Source: Auanema rhodensis
Lineage: Eukaryota > Animalia > Nematoda
Direction of reading: 5' to 3'
Length of the DNA stretch: 64,000 nt
Assembly (NCBI GenBank): GCA_964057225.1
Contig: OZ059894.1
Coordinates: 21,390,001-21,454,000 of the forward strand
The notes beneath the pieces are model-generated. The model was not told where the DNA came from, ran no database searches, and worked only from the letters and a program-made list of their open reading frames with translations. Of this stretch, positions 1 through 10,880 are shown one piece after another. How positions within the stretch are numbered: the first letter of the stretch is position 1; every line of letters begins with the position of its first letter. The position numbers were made by a program, and so were the translations under genes.

Positions 1-37
1 AGGATATAAGTGTGAACTTGTATCAGTTGATATCTCG

Positions 38-107
38 GTGCATTTTTAAGCTAGCGCAAATCTGATAACACAGATCGACGCAGCTTAAAAATCCGCATCG
101 AATGCAC
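38..107. repeat. Nested inverted repeats within each monomer (potential stem-loop or cruciform)
   Basis: ATTTTTAAGCT (42-52) is the exact reverse complement of AGCTTAAAAAT (82-92). GCG (54-56) pairs with CGC (79-81) after a 1-nt bulge. The inner ATCTG (60-64)/CAGAT (71-75) stem closes a 6-nt loop. GTGCATT (38-44)/AATGCAC (101-107) is an alternative outer pairing. Confidence 0.9.
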
Positions 108-170
108 TATACTACATCGAGAAACGCTTAATACAAAAATTAGTTATGATCGTTTGAAAAATGATGCATT

Positions 171-203
171 AGTGTATGTTGAGTTTCCATGTACACTCAA
201 CAT
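171..203. repeat. Second inverted repeat within each monomer
   Basis: ATGTTGAGT (176-184)/ACTCAACAT (195-203) are perfect 9-bp arms with a 10-nt spacer. AGTGTA (171-176)/TACACT (192-197) is a competing pairing. Confidence 0.9.
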
Positions 204-216
204 TGCTTCTAAAAAC

Positions 217-251
217 ATTTTGACAAAAATTTTTTCGAAAAATTTCAAAAT
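217..251. repeat. AT-rich imperfect palindrome centred on TTTTTCGAAAAA
   Basis: Perfect 12-bp palindrome at 231-242, flanked by AAA/TTT (after a 1-nt bulge) and by ATTTTG (217-222)/CAAAAT (246-251). Confidence 0.85.
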
Positions 252-3200
252 AATTTAGCAAAAAGTAGATGTTTTTAGATTCCATTTTTCAAGGCAAAGA
301 CGATAGACAACGTTATTCAACGAAAAAATTAATTCTTCAGGGTGAAAATCGAGGATATAAGTGTGAACTTGTATCAGTTGATATCTCGGTGCATTTTTAA
401 GCTAGCGCAAATCTGATAACACAGATCGACGCAGCTTAAAAATCCGCATCGAATGCACTATACTACATTGAGAAACGCTTAATACAAAAATTAGTTATGA
501 TCGTTTGAAAAATGATGCATTAGTGTATGTTGAGTTTCCATGTACACTCAACATTGCTTCCAAAAACATTTTGACGAAAATTTTTTCAAAAAATATCAGA
601 ATAATTTAGCAAAAAGTATATGTTTTTAGATTCCTTTTTTCAAGGCAAAGACGATGAACAATGTTATTCAACGAAAAAATTAATTCTTCAGGGTGAAAAT
701 CGAGGATATAAGTGTGAACTTATATCAGTTGATATCTCGGTGCATTTTTAAGCTAGCGCAAATCTGATAACACAGATCGACGCAGCTTAAAAATCCGCAT
801 CGAATGCACTATACTACATTGAGAAAAGCTTAATACAAAAATTAGTTATGATCGTTTGAAAAATGATGCATTAGTGTATGTTGAGTTTCCATGTACACTC
901 AACATTGCTTCCAAAAACATTTTGACAAAAATTTTTTCGAAAAATTTCAAAATAATTTAGCAAAAAGTAGATGTTTTTAGATTCCATTTTTCAAGGCAAG
1001 GACGATGGACAATGTTATTCAACGAAAAAAATAATTCTTCAGGGTGAAAATCGAGGATATAAGTGTGAACTTATATCAGTTGATATCTCGGTGCATTTTT
1101 AAGCTAGCGCAAATCTGATAACACAGATCGACGCAGCTTAAAAATCCGCATCGAATGCACTATACTACATTGAGAAACGCTTAATACAAAAATTAGATAT
1201 GATCGTTTGAAAAATGATGCATTAGTGTATGTTGAGTTTCCATGTACACTCAACATTGCTTCCAAAAACATTTTGACAAAAATTTTTTCGAAAAATTTCA
1301 AAATAATTCAGCAAAAAGTAGATGTTTTTAGATTCCTTTTTTCAAGGCAAAGACGATGGACAATGTTATTCAACGAAAAAATTAATTCTTCAGGGTGAAA
1401 ATCGAGGATATAAGTGTGAACTTGTATCAGTTGATATCTCGGTGCATTTTTAAGCTAGCGCAAATCTGATAACACAGATCGACGCAGCTTAAAAATCCGC
1501 ATCGAATGCACAATACTACATTGAGAAACGTTTGATACAAAAATTAGTTATGATCGTTTGAAAAATGATGCATTAGTGTATGTTGAGTTTCCATGTACAC
1601 TCAACATTGCTTCCAAAAACATTTTGACAAAAATTTTTTCGAAAAATTTCAAAATAATTTAGCAAAAAGTAGATGTTTTTAGATTCCATTTTTCAAGGCA
1701 AGGACGATGGACAATGTTATTCAACGAAAAAAATAATTCTTCAGGGTGAAAATCGAGGATATAAGTGTGAACTTATATCAGTTGATATCTCGGTGCATTT
1801 TTAAGCTAGCGCAAATCTGATAACACAGATCGACGCAGCTTAAAAATCCGCATCGAATGCACTATACTACATTGAGAAACGCTTAATACAAAAATTAGTT
1901 ATGATCGTTTGAAAAATGATTCATTAGTGTATGTTGAGTTTCCATGTACACTCAACATTGCTTCCAAAAACATTTTGACAAAAATTTTTTCGAAAAATTT
2001 CAAAATAATTTAGCAAAAAGTAGATGTTTTTAGATTCCATTTCTCAAGGCAAAGACGATAGACAATGTTATTCAACGAAAAAATTAATTCTTCAGGGTGA
2101 AAATCGAGGATATAAGTGTGAACTTGTATCAGTTGATATCTCGGTGCATTTTTAAGCTAGCGCAAATCTGATAACACAGATCGACGCAGCTTAAAAATCC
2201 GCATCGAATGCACTATACTACATCGAGAAACGCTTAATACAAAAATTAGTTATGATCGTTTGAAAAATGATGCATTAGTGTATGTTGAGTTTCCATGTAC
2301 ACTCAACATTGCTTCTAAAAACATTTTGCCAAAAGTTTTTCGAAAAATTTCAAAATAATTTAGCAAAAAGTAGATGTTTTTAGATTCCATTTTTCAAGGC
2401 AAAGACGATAGACAACGTTATTCAACGAAAAAATTAATTCTTCAGGGTGAAAATCGAGGATATAAGTGTGAACTTGTATCAGTTGATATCTCGGTGCATT
2501 TTTAAGCTAGCGCAAATCTGATAACACAGATCGACGCAGCTTAAAAATCCGCATCGAATGCACTATACTACATTGAGAAACGCTTAATACAAAAATTAGT
2601 TATGATCGTTTGAAAAATGATGCATTAGTGTATGTTGAGTTTCCATGTACACTCAACATTGCTTCCAAAAACATTTTGACGAAAATTTTTTCAAAAAATA
2701 TCAGAATAATTTAGCAAAAAGTAGATGTTTTTAGATTCCTTTTTTCAAGGCAAAGACGATGAACAATGTTATTCAACGAAAAAATTAATTCTTCAGGGTG
2801 AAAATCGAGGATATAAGTGTGAACTTATATCAGTTGATATCTCGGTGCATTTTTAAGCTAGCGCAAATCTGATAACACAGATCGACGCAGCTTAAAAATC
2901 CGCATCGAATGCACTATACTACATTGAGAAAAACTTAATACAAAAATTAGTTATGATCGTTTGAAAAATGATGCATTAGTGTATGTTGAGTTTCCATGTA
3001 CACTCAACATTGCTTCCAAAAACATTTTGACAAAAATTTTTTCGAAAAATTTCAAAATAATTTAGCAAAAAGTAGATGTTTTTAGATTCCATTTTTCAAG
3101 GCAAGGACGATGGACAATGTTATTCAACGAAAAAAATAATTCTTCAGGGTGAAAATCGAGGATATAAGTGTGAACTTATATCAGTTGATATCTCGGTGCA

Positions 3201-4211
3201 TTTTTAAGCTAGCGCAAATCTGATAACACAGATCGACGCAGCTTAAAAATCCGCATCGAATGCACTATACTACATTGAGAAACGCTTAATACAAAAATTA
3301 GATATGATCGTTTGAAAAATGATGCATTAGTGTATGTTGAGTTTCCATGTACACTCAACATTGCTTCCAAAAACATTTTGACAAAAATTTTTTCGAAAAA
3401 TTTCAAAATAATTCAGCAACAAGTAGATGTTTTTAGATTCCTTTTTTCAAGGCAAAGACGATGGACAATGTTATTCAACGAAAAAATTAATTCTTCAGGG
3501 TGAAAATCGAGGATATAAGTGTGAACTTGTATCAGTTGATATCTCGGTGCATTTTTAAGCTAGCGCAAATCTGATAACACAGATCGACGCAGCTTAAAAA
3601 TCCGCATCGAATGCACAATACTACATTGAGAAACGTTTGATACAAAAATTAGTTATGATCGTTTGAAAAATGATGCATTAGTGTATGTTGAGTTTCCATG
3701 TACACTCAACATTGCTTCCAAAAACATTTTGACAAAAATTTTTTCGAAAAATTTCCAAATAATTTAGCAAAAAGTAGATGTTTTTAGATTCCATTTTTCA
3801 AGGCAAAGACGATAGACAATGTTATTCAACGAAAAAATTAATTCTTCAGGGTGAAAATCGAGGATATAAGTGTGAACTTATATCAGTTGATATCTCGGTG
3901 CATTTTTAAGCTAGCGCAAATCTGATAACACAGATCGACGCAGCTTAAAACTCCGCATCGAATGCACTATACAACATTGAGAAACGCTTAATACAAAAAT
4001 TAGTTATGATCGTTTGAAAAATGATGCATTAGTGTGTGTTGAGTTTCCATGTACACTCAACATTGCTTCCAAAAACATTTTGACAAAAATTTTTTCGAAA
4101 AATTTCAAAATAATTTAGCAAAAAGTAGATGTTTTTAGATTCCATTTTTCAAGGCAAAGACGATAGACAAGGTTATTCAACGAAAAAATTAATTCTTCAG
4201 GGTGAAAATCG

Positions 4212-7200
4212 AGGATATAAGTGTGAACTTATATCAGTTGATATCTCGGTGCATTTTTAAGCTAGCGCAAATCTGATAACACAGATCGACGCAGCTTAAA
4301 AATCCGCATCGAATGCACTATACTACATCAAGAAACGCTTGATACAAAAATTAGTTATGATCGTTTGAAAAATGATGCATTAGTGTATGTTGAGTTTCCA
4401 TGTACACTCAACATTGCTTCCAAAAACATTTTGACAAAAATTTTTTCGAAAAATTTCAAAATAATTTAGCAAAAAGTAGATGTTTTTAGATTTCATTTTT
4501 CAAGGCAAAGACGATAGACAATGTTATTCAACGAAAAAATTAATTCTTCAGGGTGAAAATCGAGGATATAAGTGTGAACTTATATCAGTTGATATCTCGG
4601 TGCATTTTTAAGCTAGCGCAAATCTGATAACACAGATCGACGCAGCTTAAAAATCCGCATCGAATGCACTATACTACATTGAGAAACGCTTAATACAAAA
4701 ATTAGTTATGATCGTTTGAAAAATGATGCATTAGTGTGTGTTGAGTTTCCATGTACACTCAACATTGCTTCCAAAAACATTTTGACAAAAATTTTTTCGA
4801 AAAATTTCAGAATAATTTAGCAAAAAGTAGATGTTTTTAGATTCCATTTTTCATTGCAAAGACGATGGACAATGTTATTCAACGAAAAAATTAATTCTTC
4901 AGGGTGAAAATCGAGGATATAAGTGTAAACTTATATCAGTTGATATCTCGGTGCATTTTTAAGCTAGCGCAAATCTGATAACACAGATCGACGCAGCTTA
5001 AAAATCCGCATCGAATGCACTATACTACATTGAGAAACGCTTAATACAAAAATTAGTTATGATCGTTTGAAAAATGATGCATTAGTGTATGTTGAGTTTC
5101 CATGTACACTCAACATTGCTTCCAAAAACATTTTGACAAAAATTTTTTCGAAAAATTTCAAAATAATTTAGCAAAAAGTAGATGTTTTTAGATTCCTTTT
5201 TTTAAGGCAAAGACGATGGACAATGTTATTCAACGAAAAAATTAATTCTTCAGGGTGAAAATCGAGGATATAAGTGTGAACTTATATCAGTTGATATCTC
5301 GGTGCATTTTTAAGCTAGCGCAAATCTGATAACACAGATCGACGCAGCTTAAAAATCCGCATCGAATGCACTATACTACATTGAGAAACGCTTAATACAA
5401 AAATTAGTTATGATCGTTTGAAAAATGATGCATTAGTGTATGTTGAGTTTCCATGTACACTCAACATTGCTTCCAAAAACATTTTGACAAAAATTTTTTC
5501 GAAAAATTTCAAAATAATTTAGCAAAAAGTAGATGTTTTTAGATTCCTGTTTTTAAGGCAAAGACGATGGACAATGTTATTCAACGAAAAAATTAATTCT
5601 TCAGGGTGAAAATCGAGGATATAAGTGTGAACTTATATCAGTTGATATCTCGGTGCATTTTTAAGCTAGCGCAAATTTGATAACACAGATCGACGCAGCT
5701 TAAAAATTCGCATCGAATGCACTATACTACATTGAGAAACGCTTGATACAAAAATTAGTTATGTTCGTTTGAAAAATGATGCATTAGTGTATGTTGAGTT
5801 TCCATGTACACTCAACATTGCTTCAAAAAACATTTTGACAAAAATTTTTTCGAAAAATTTCAAAATAATTTAGCAAAAAGTAGATGTTTTTAGATTCCTT
5901 TTTTTAAGGCAAAGACGATGGACAATTTTATTCAACGAAAAAATTAATTCTTCAGGGTGAAAATCGAGGATATAAGTGTGAACTTATATCAGTTGATATC
6001 TCGGTGCATTTTTAAGCTAGCGCAAATTTGATAACACAGATCGACGCAGCTTAAAAATTCGCATCGAATGCACTATACTACATTGAGAAACGCTTGATAC
6101 AAAAATTAGTTATGTTCGTTTGAAAAATGATGCATTAGTGTATGTTGAGTTTCCATGTACACTCAACATTGCTTCAAAAAACATTTTGACAAAAATTTTT
6201 TCGAAAAATTTCAAAATAATTTAGCAAAAAGTAGATGTTTTTAGATTCCTTTTTTTAAGGCAAAGACGATGGACAATTTTATTCAACGAAAAAATTAATT
6301 CTTCAGGGTGAAAATCGAGGATATAAGTGTGAACTTATATCAGTTGATATCTCGGTGCATTTTTAAGCTAGCGCAAATCTGATAACACAGATCGACGCAG
6401 CTTAAAAATCCGCATCGAATGCACTATACTACATCAAGAAACGTTTTATACAAAAATTAGTTATGATCGTTTGAAAAATGATGCATTAGTGTATGTTGAG
6501 TTTCCATGTACACTCAACATTGCTTCCAAAAACATTTTGACAAAAATTTTTTCGAAAAATTTCAAAATAATTTAGCAAAAAGTAGATGTTTTTTGATTCC
6601 ATTTTTCAAGGCAAAGACGATAGACAATGTTATTCAACGAAAAAATTAATTCTTCAGGGTGAAAATCGAGGATATAAGTGTGAACTTATATCAGTTGATA
6701 TCTCGGTGCATTTTCAAGCTAGCGCAAATCTGATAACACAGATCGACGCAGCTTAAAAATCCGCATCGAATGCACTATACTACATCAAGAAACGCTTGAT
6801 ACAAAAATTAGTTATGATCGTTTGAAAAATGATGCATTAGTGTATGTTGAGTTTCCATGTACACTCAACATTGCTTCCAAAAACATTTTGACAAAAATTT
6901 TTTCGAAAAATTTCAAAATAATTTAGCAAAAAGTAGATGTTTTTAGATTCCATTTTTCAAGGCAAAGACGATAGACAATGTTATTCAACGAAAAAATTAA
7001 TTCTTCAGGGTGAAAATCGAGGATATAAGTGTGAACTTATATCAGTTGATATCTCGGTGCATTTTTAAGCTAGCGCAAATCTGATAACACAGATCGACGC
7101 AGCTTAAAAATCCGCATCGAATGCACTATACTACATTGAGAAACGCTTAATACACAAATTAGTTATGATCGTTTGAAAAATGATGCATTAGTGTATGTTG

Positions 7201-10200
7201 AGTTTCCATGTACACTCAACATTGCTTCCAAAAACATTTTGACAAAAATTTTTTCGAAAAATTTCAAAATAATTTAGCAAAAAGTAGATGTTTTTAGATT
7301 CCTTTTCTTAAGGCAAAGACGATGGACAATGTTATTCAACGAAAAAATTAATTCTTCAGGGTGAAAATCGAGGATATAAGTGTGAACTTATATCAGTTGA
7401 TATCTCGGTGCATTTTTAAGCTAGCGCAAATCTGATAACACAGATCGACGCAGCTTAAAAATCCGCATCGAATGCACTATACTACATTGAGAAACGCTTA
7501 ATACAAAAATTAGTTATGATCGTTTGAAAAATGATGCATTAGTGTATGTTGAGTTTCCATGTACACTCAACATTGCTTCCAAAAACATTTTGACAAAAAT
7601 TTTTTCGAAAAATTTCAAAATAATTTAGCAAAAAGTAGATGTTTTTAGATTTCATTTTTCAAGGCAAAGACGATAGACAATGTTATTCAACGAAAAAATT
7701 AATTCTTCAGGGTGAAAATCGAGGATATAAGTGTGAACTTATATCAGTTGATATCTCGGTGCATTTTTAAGCTAGCGCAAATCTGATAACACAGATCGAC
7801 GCAGCTTAAAAATCCGCATCGAATGCACTATACTACATTGAGAAACGCTTAATACAAAAATTAGTTATGATCGTTTGAAAAATGATGCATTAGTGTGTGT
7901 TGAGTTTCCATGTACACTCAACATTGCTTCCAAAAACATTTTGACAAAAATTTTTTCGAAAAATTTCAGAATAATTTAGCAAAAAGTAGATGTTTTTAGA
8001 TTCCATTTTTCATTGCAAAGACGATGGACAATGTTATTCAACGAAAAAATTAATTCTTCAGGGTGAAAATCGAGGATATAAGTGTAAACTTATATCAGTT
8101 GATATCTCGGTGCATTTTTAAGCTAGCGCAAATCTGATAACACAGATCGACGCAGCTTAAAAATCCGCATCGAATGCACTATACTACATTGAGAAACGCT
8201 TAATACAAAAATTAGTTATGATCGTTTGAAAAATGATGCATTAGTGTATGTTGAGTTTCCATGTACACTCAACATTGCTTCCAAAAACATTTTGACAAAA
8301 ATTTTTTCGAAAAATTTCAAAATAATTTAGCAAAAAGTAGATGTTTTTAGATTCCTTTTTTTAAGGCAAAGACGATGGACAATGTTATTCAACGAAAAAA
8401 TTAATTCTTCAGGGTGAAAATCGAGGATATAAGTGTGAACTTATATCAGTTGATATCTCGGTGCATTTTTAAGCTAGCGCAAATCTGATAACACAGATCG
8501 ACGCAGCTTAAAAATCCGCATCGAATGCACTATACTACATTGAGAAACGCTTAATACAAAAATTAGTTATGATCGTTTGAAAAATGATGCATTAGTGTAT
8601 GTTGAGTTTCCATGTACACTCAACATTGCTTCCAAAAACATTTTGACAAAAATTTTTTCGAAAAATTTCAAAATAATTTAGCAAAAAGTAGATGTTTTTA
8701 GATTCCTGTTTTTAAGGCAAAGACGATGGACAATGTTATTCAACGAAAAAATTAATTCTTCAGGGTGAAAATCGAGGATATAAGTGTGAACTTATATCAG
8801 TTGATATCTCGGTGCATTTTTAAGCTAGCGCAAATTTGATAACACAGATCGACGCAGCTTAAAAATTCGCATCGAATGCACTATACTACATTGAGAAACG
8901 CTTGATACAAAAATTAGTTATGTTCGTTTGAAAAATGATGCATTAGTGTATGTTGAGTTTCCATGTACACTCAACATTGCTTCAAAAAACATTTTGACAA
9001 AAATTTTTTCGAAAAATTTCAAAATAATTTAGCAAAAAGTAGATGTTTTTAGATTCCTTTTTTTAAGGCAAAGACGATGGACAATTTTATTCAACGAAAA
9101 AATTAATTCTTCAGGGTGAAAATCGAGGATATAAGTGTGAACTTATATCAGTTGATATCTCGGTGCATTTTTAAGCTAGCGCAAATTTGATAACACAGAT
9201 CGACGCAGCTTAAAAATTCGCATCGAATGCACTATACTACATTGAGAAACGCTTGATACAAAAATTAGTTATGTTCGTTTGAAAAATGATGCATTAGTGT
9301 ATGTTGAGTTTCCATGTACACTCAACATTGCTTCAAAAAACATTTTGACAAAAATTTTTTCGAAAAATTTCAAAATAATTTAGCAAAAAGTAGATGTTTT
9401 TAGATTCCTTTTTTTAAGGCAAAGACGATGGACAATTTTATTCAACGAAAAAATTAATTCTTCAGGGTGAAAATCGAGGATATAAGTGTGAACTTATATC
9501 AGTTGATATCTCGGTGCATTTTTAAGCTAGCGCAAATCTGATAACACAGATCGACGCAGCTTAAAAATCCGCATCGAATGCACTATACTACATCAAGAAA
9601 CGTTTTATACAAAAATTAGTTATGATCGTTTGAAAAATGATGCATTAGTGTATGTTGAGTTTCCATGTACACTCAACATTGCTTCCAAAAACATTTTGAC
9701 AAAAATTTTTTCGAAAAATTTCAAAATAATTTAGCAAAAAGTAGATGTTTTTTGATTCCATTTTTCAAGGCAAAGACGATAGACAATGTTATTCAACGAA
9801 AAAATTAATTCTTCAGGGTGAAAATCGAGGATATAAGTGTGAACTTATATCAGTTGATATCTCGGTGCATTTTTAAGCTAGCGCAAATCTGATAACACAG
9901 ATCGACGCAGCTTAAAAATCCGCATCGAATGCACTATACTACATCAAGAAACGCTTGATACAAAAATTAGTTATGATCGTTTGAAAAATGATGCATTAGT
10001 GTATGTTGAGTTTCCATGTACACTCAACATTGCTTCCAAAAACATTTTGACAAAAATTTTTTCGAAAAATTTCAAAATAATTTAGCAAAAAGTAGATGTT
10101 TTTAGATTCCATTTTTCAAGGCAAAGACGATAGACAATGTTATTCAACGAAAAAATTAATTCTTCAGGGTGAAAATCGAGGATATAAGTGTGAACTTATA

Positions 10201-10880
10201 TCAGTTGATATCTCGGTGCATTTTTAAGCTAGCGCAAATCTGATAACACAGATCGACGCAGCTTAAAAATCCGCATCGAATGCACTATACTACATTGAGA
10301 AACGCTTAATACACAAATTAGTTATGATCGTTTGAAAAATGATGCATTAGTGTATGTTGAGTTTCCATGTACACTCAACATTGCTTCCAAAAACATTTTG
10401 ACAAAAATTTTTTCGAAAAATTTCAAAATAATTTAGCAAAAAGTAGATGTTTTTAGATTCCTTTTCTTAAGGCAAAGACGATGGACAATGTTATTCAACG
10501 AAAAAATTAATTCTTCAGGGTGAAAATCGAGGATATAAGTGTGAACTTATATCAGTTGATATCTCGGTGCATTTTTAAGCTAGCGCAAATCTGATAACAC
10601 AGATCGACGCAGCTTAAAAATCCGCATCGAATGCACTATACTACATTGAGAAACGCTTAATACAAAAATTAGTTATGATCGTTTGAAAAATGATGCATTA
10701 GTGTATGTTGAGTTTCCATGTACACTCAACATTGCTTCCAAAAACATTTTGACAAAAATTTTTTCGAAAAATTTCAAAATAATTTAGCAAAAAGTAGATG
10801 TTTTTAGATTTCTTTTTTCAAGGCAAAGACGATGGACAATGTTATTCAACGAAAAATTTAATTCTTCAGGGTGAAAATCG
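4212..10880. repeat. Local higher-order duplication, 9-monomer period (3159 bp)
   Basis: Private CATTGCAAA at 4852 and 8011. The variants that follow (GTGTAAA, CCTGTTT, two AAATTCGC monomers, TTTTATAC, CCTTTTCTT) recur in the same order. Boundaries approximate. Confidence 0.9.

Larger units (their letters stand above)
1..351 (+). repeat. Representative monomer (arbitrary phase), ~68% AT, with single EcoRV (GATATC, 29-34) and NheI (GCTAGC, 50-55) sites
   Basis: Read directly. Hand count gives 111 G+C in 351 bp (54 C, 57 G). Confidence 0.97.
1..3860. repeat. Local higher-order duplication, 6-monomer period (2105-2106 bp)
   Basis: Monomers 1-5 and 7-11 share ordered private variants (GCTTCTA; GACGAAA+AAATATCAGA+GATGAAC; GCAAGGAC; TAGATATG+ATTCAGC; GCACAATA). 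The ORF pairs 1207/3312 and 1104/3209 are 2105 apart. Confidence 0.9.

Noticed and set aside
233-249. CENP-B box-like motif at TTTCGAAAAATTTCAAA
   Set aside because: It matches only the TTCG....A part of the TTCGNNNNANNCGGG core; the CGGG is absent.
281-307. Apparent covariation of positions 284 and 305 as a compensatory base pair (TCCAT/ATGGA)
   Set aside because: The common haplotypes are TCCAT with ATAGA and TCCTT with ATGGA, so neither restores full pairing. Simple linkage explains the pattern.
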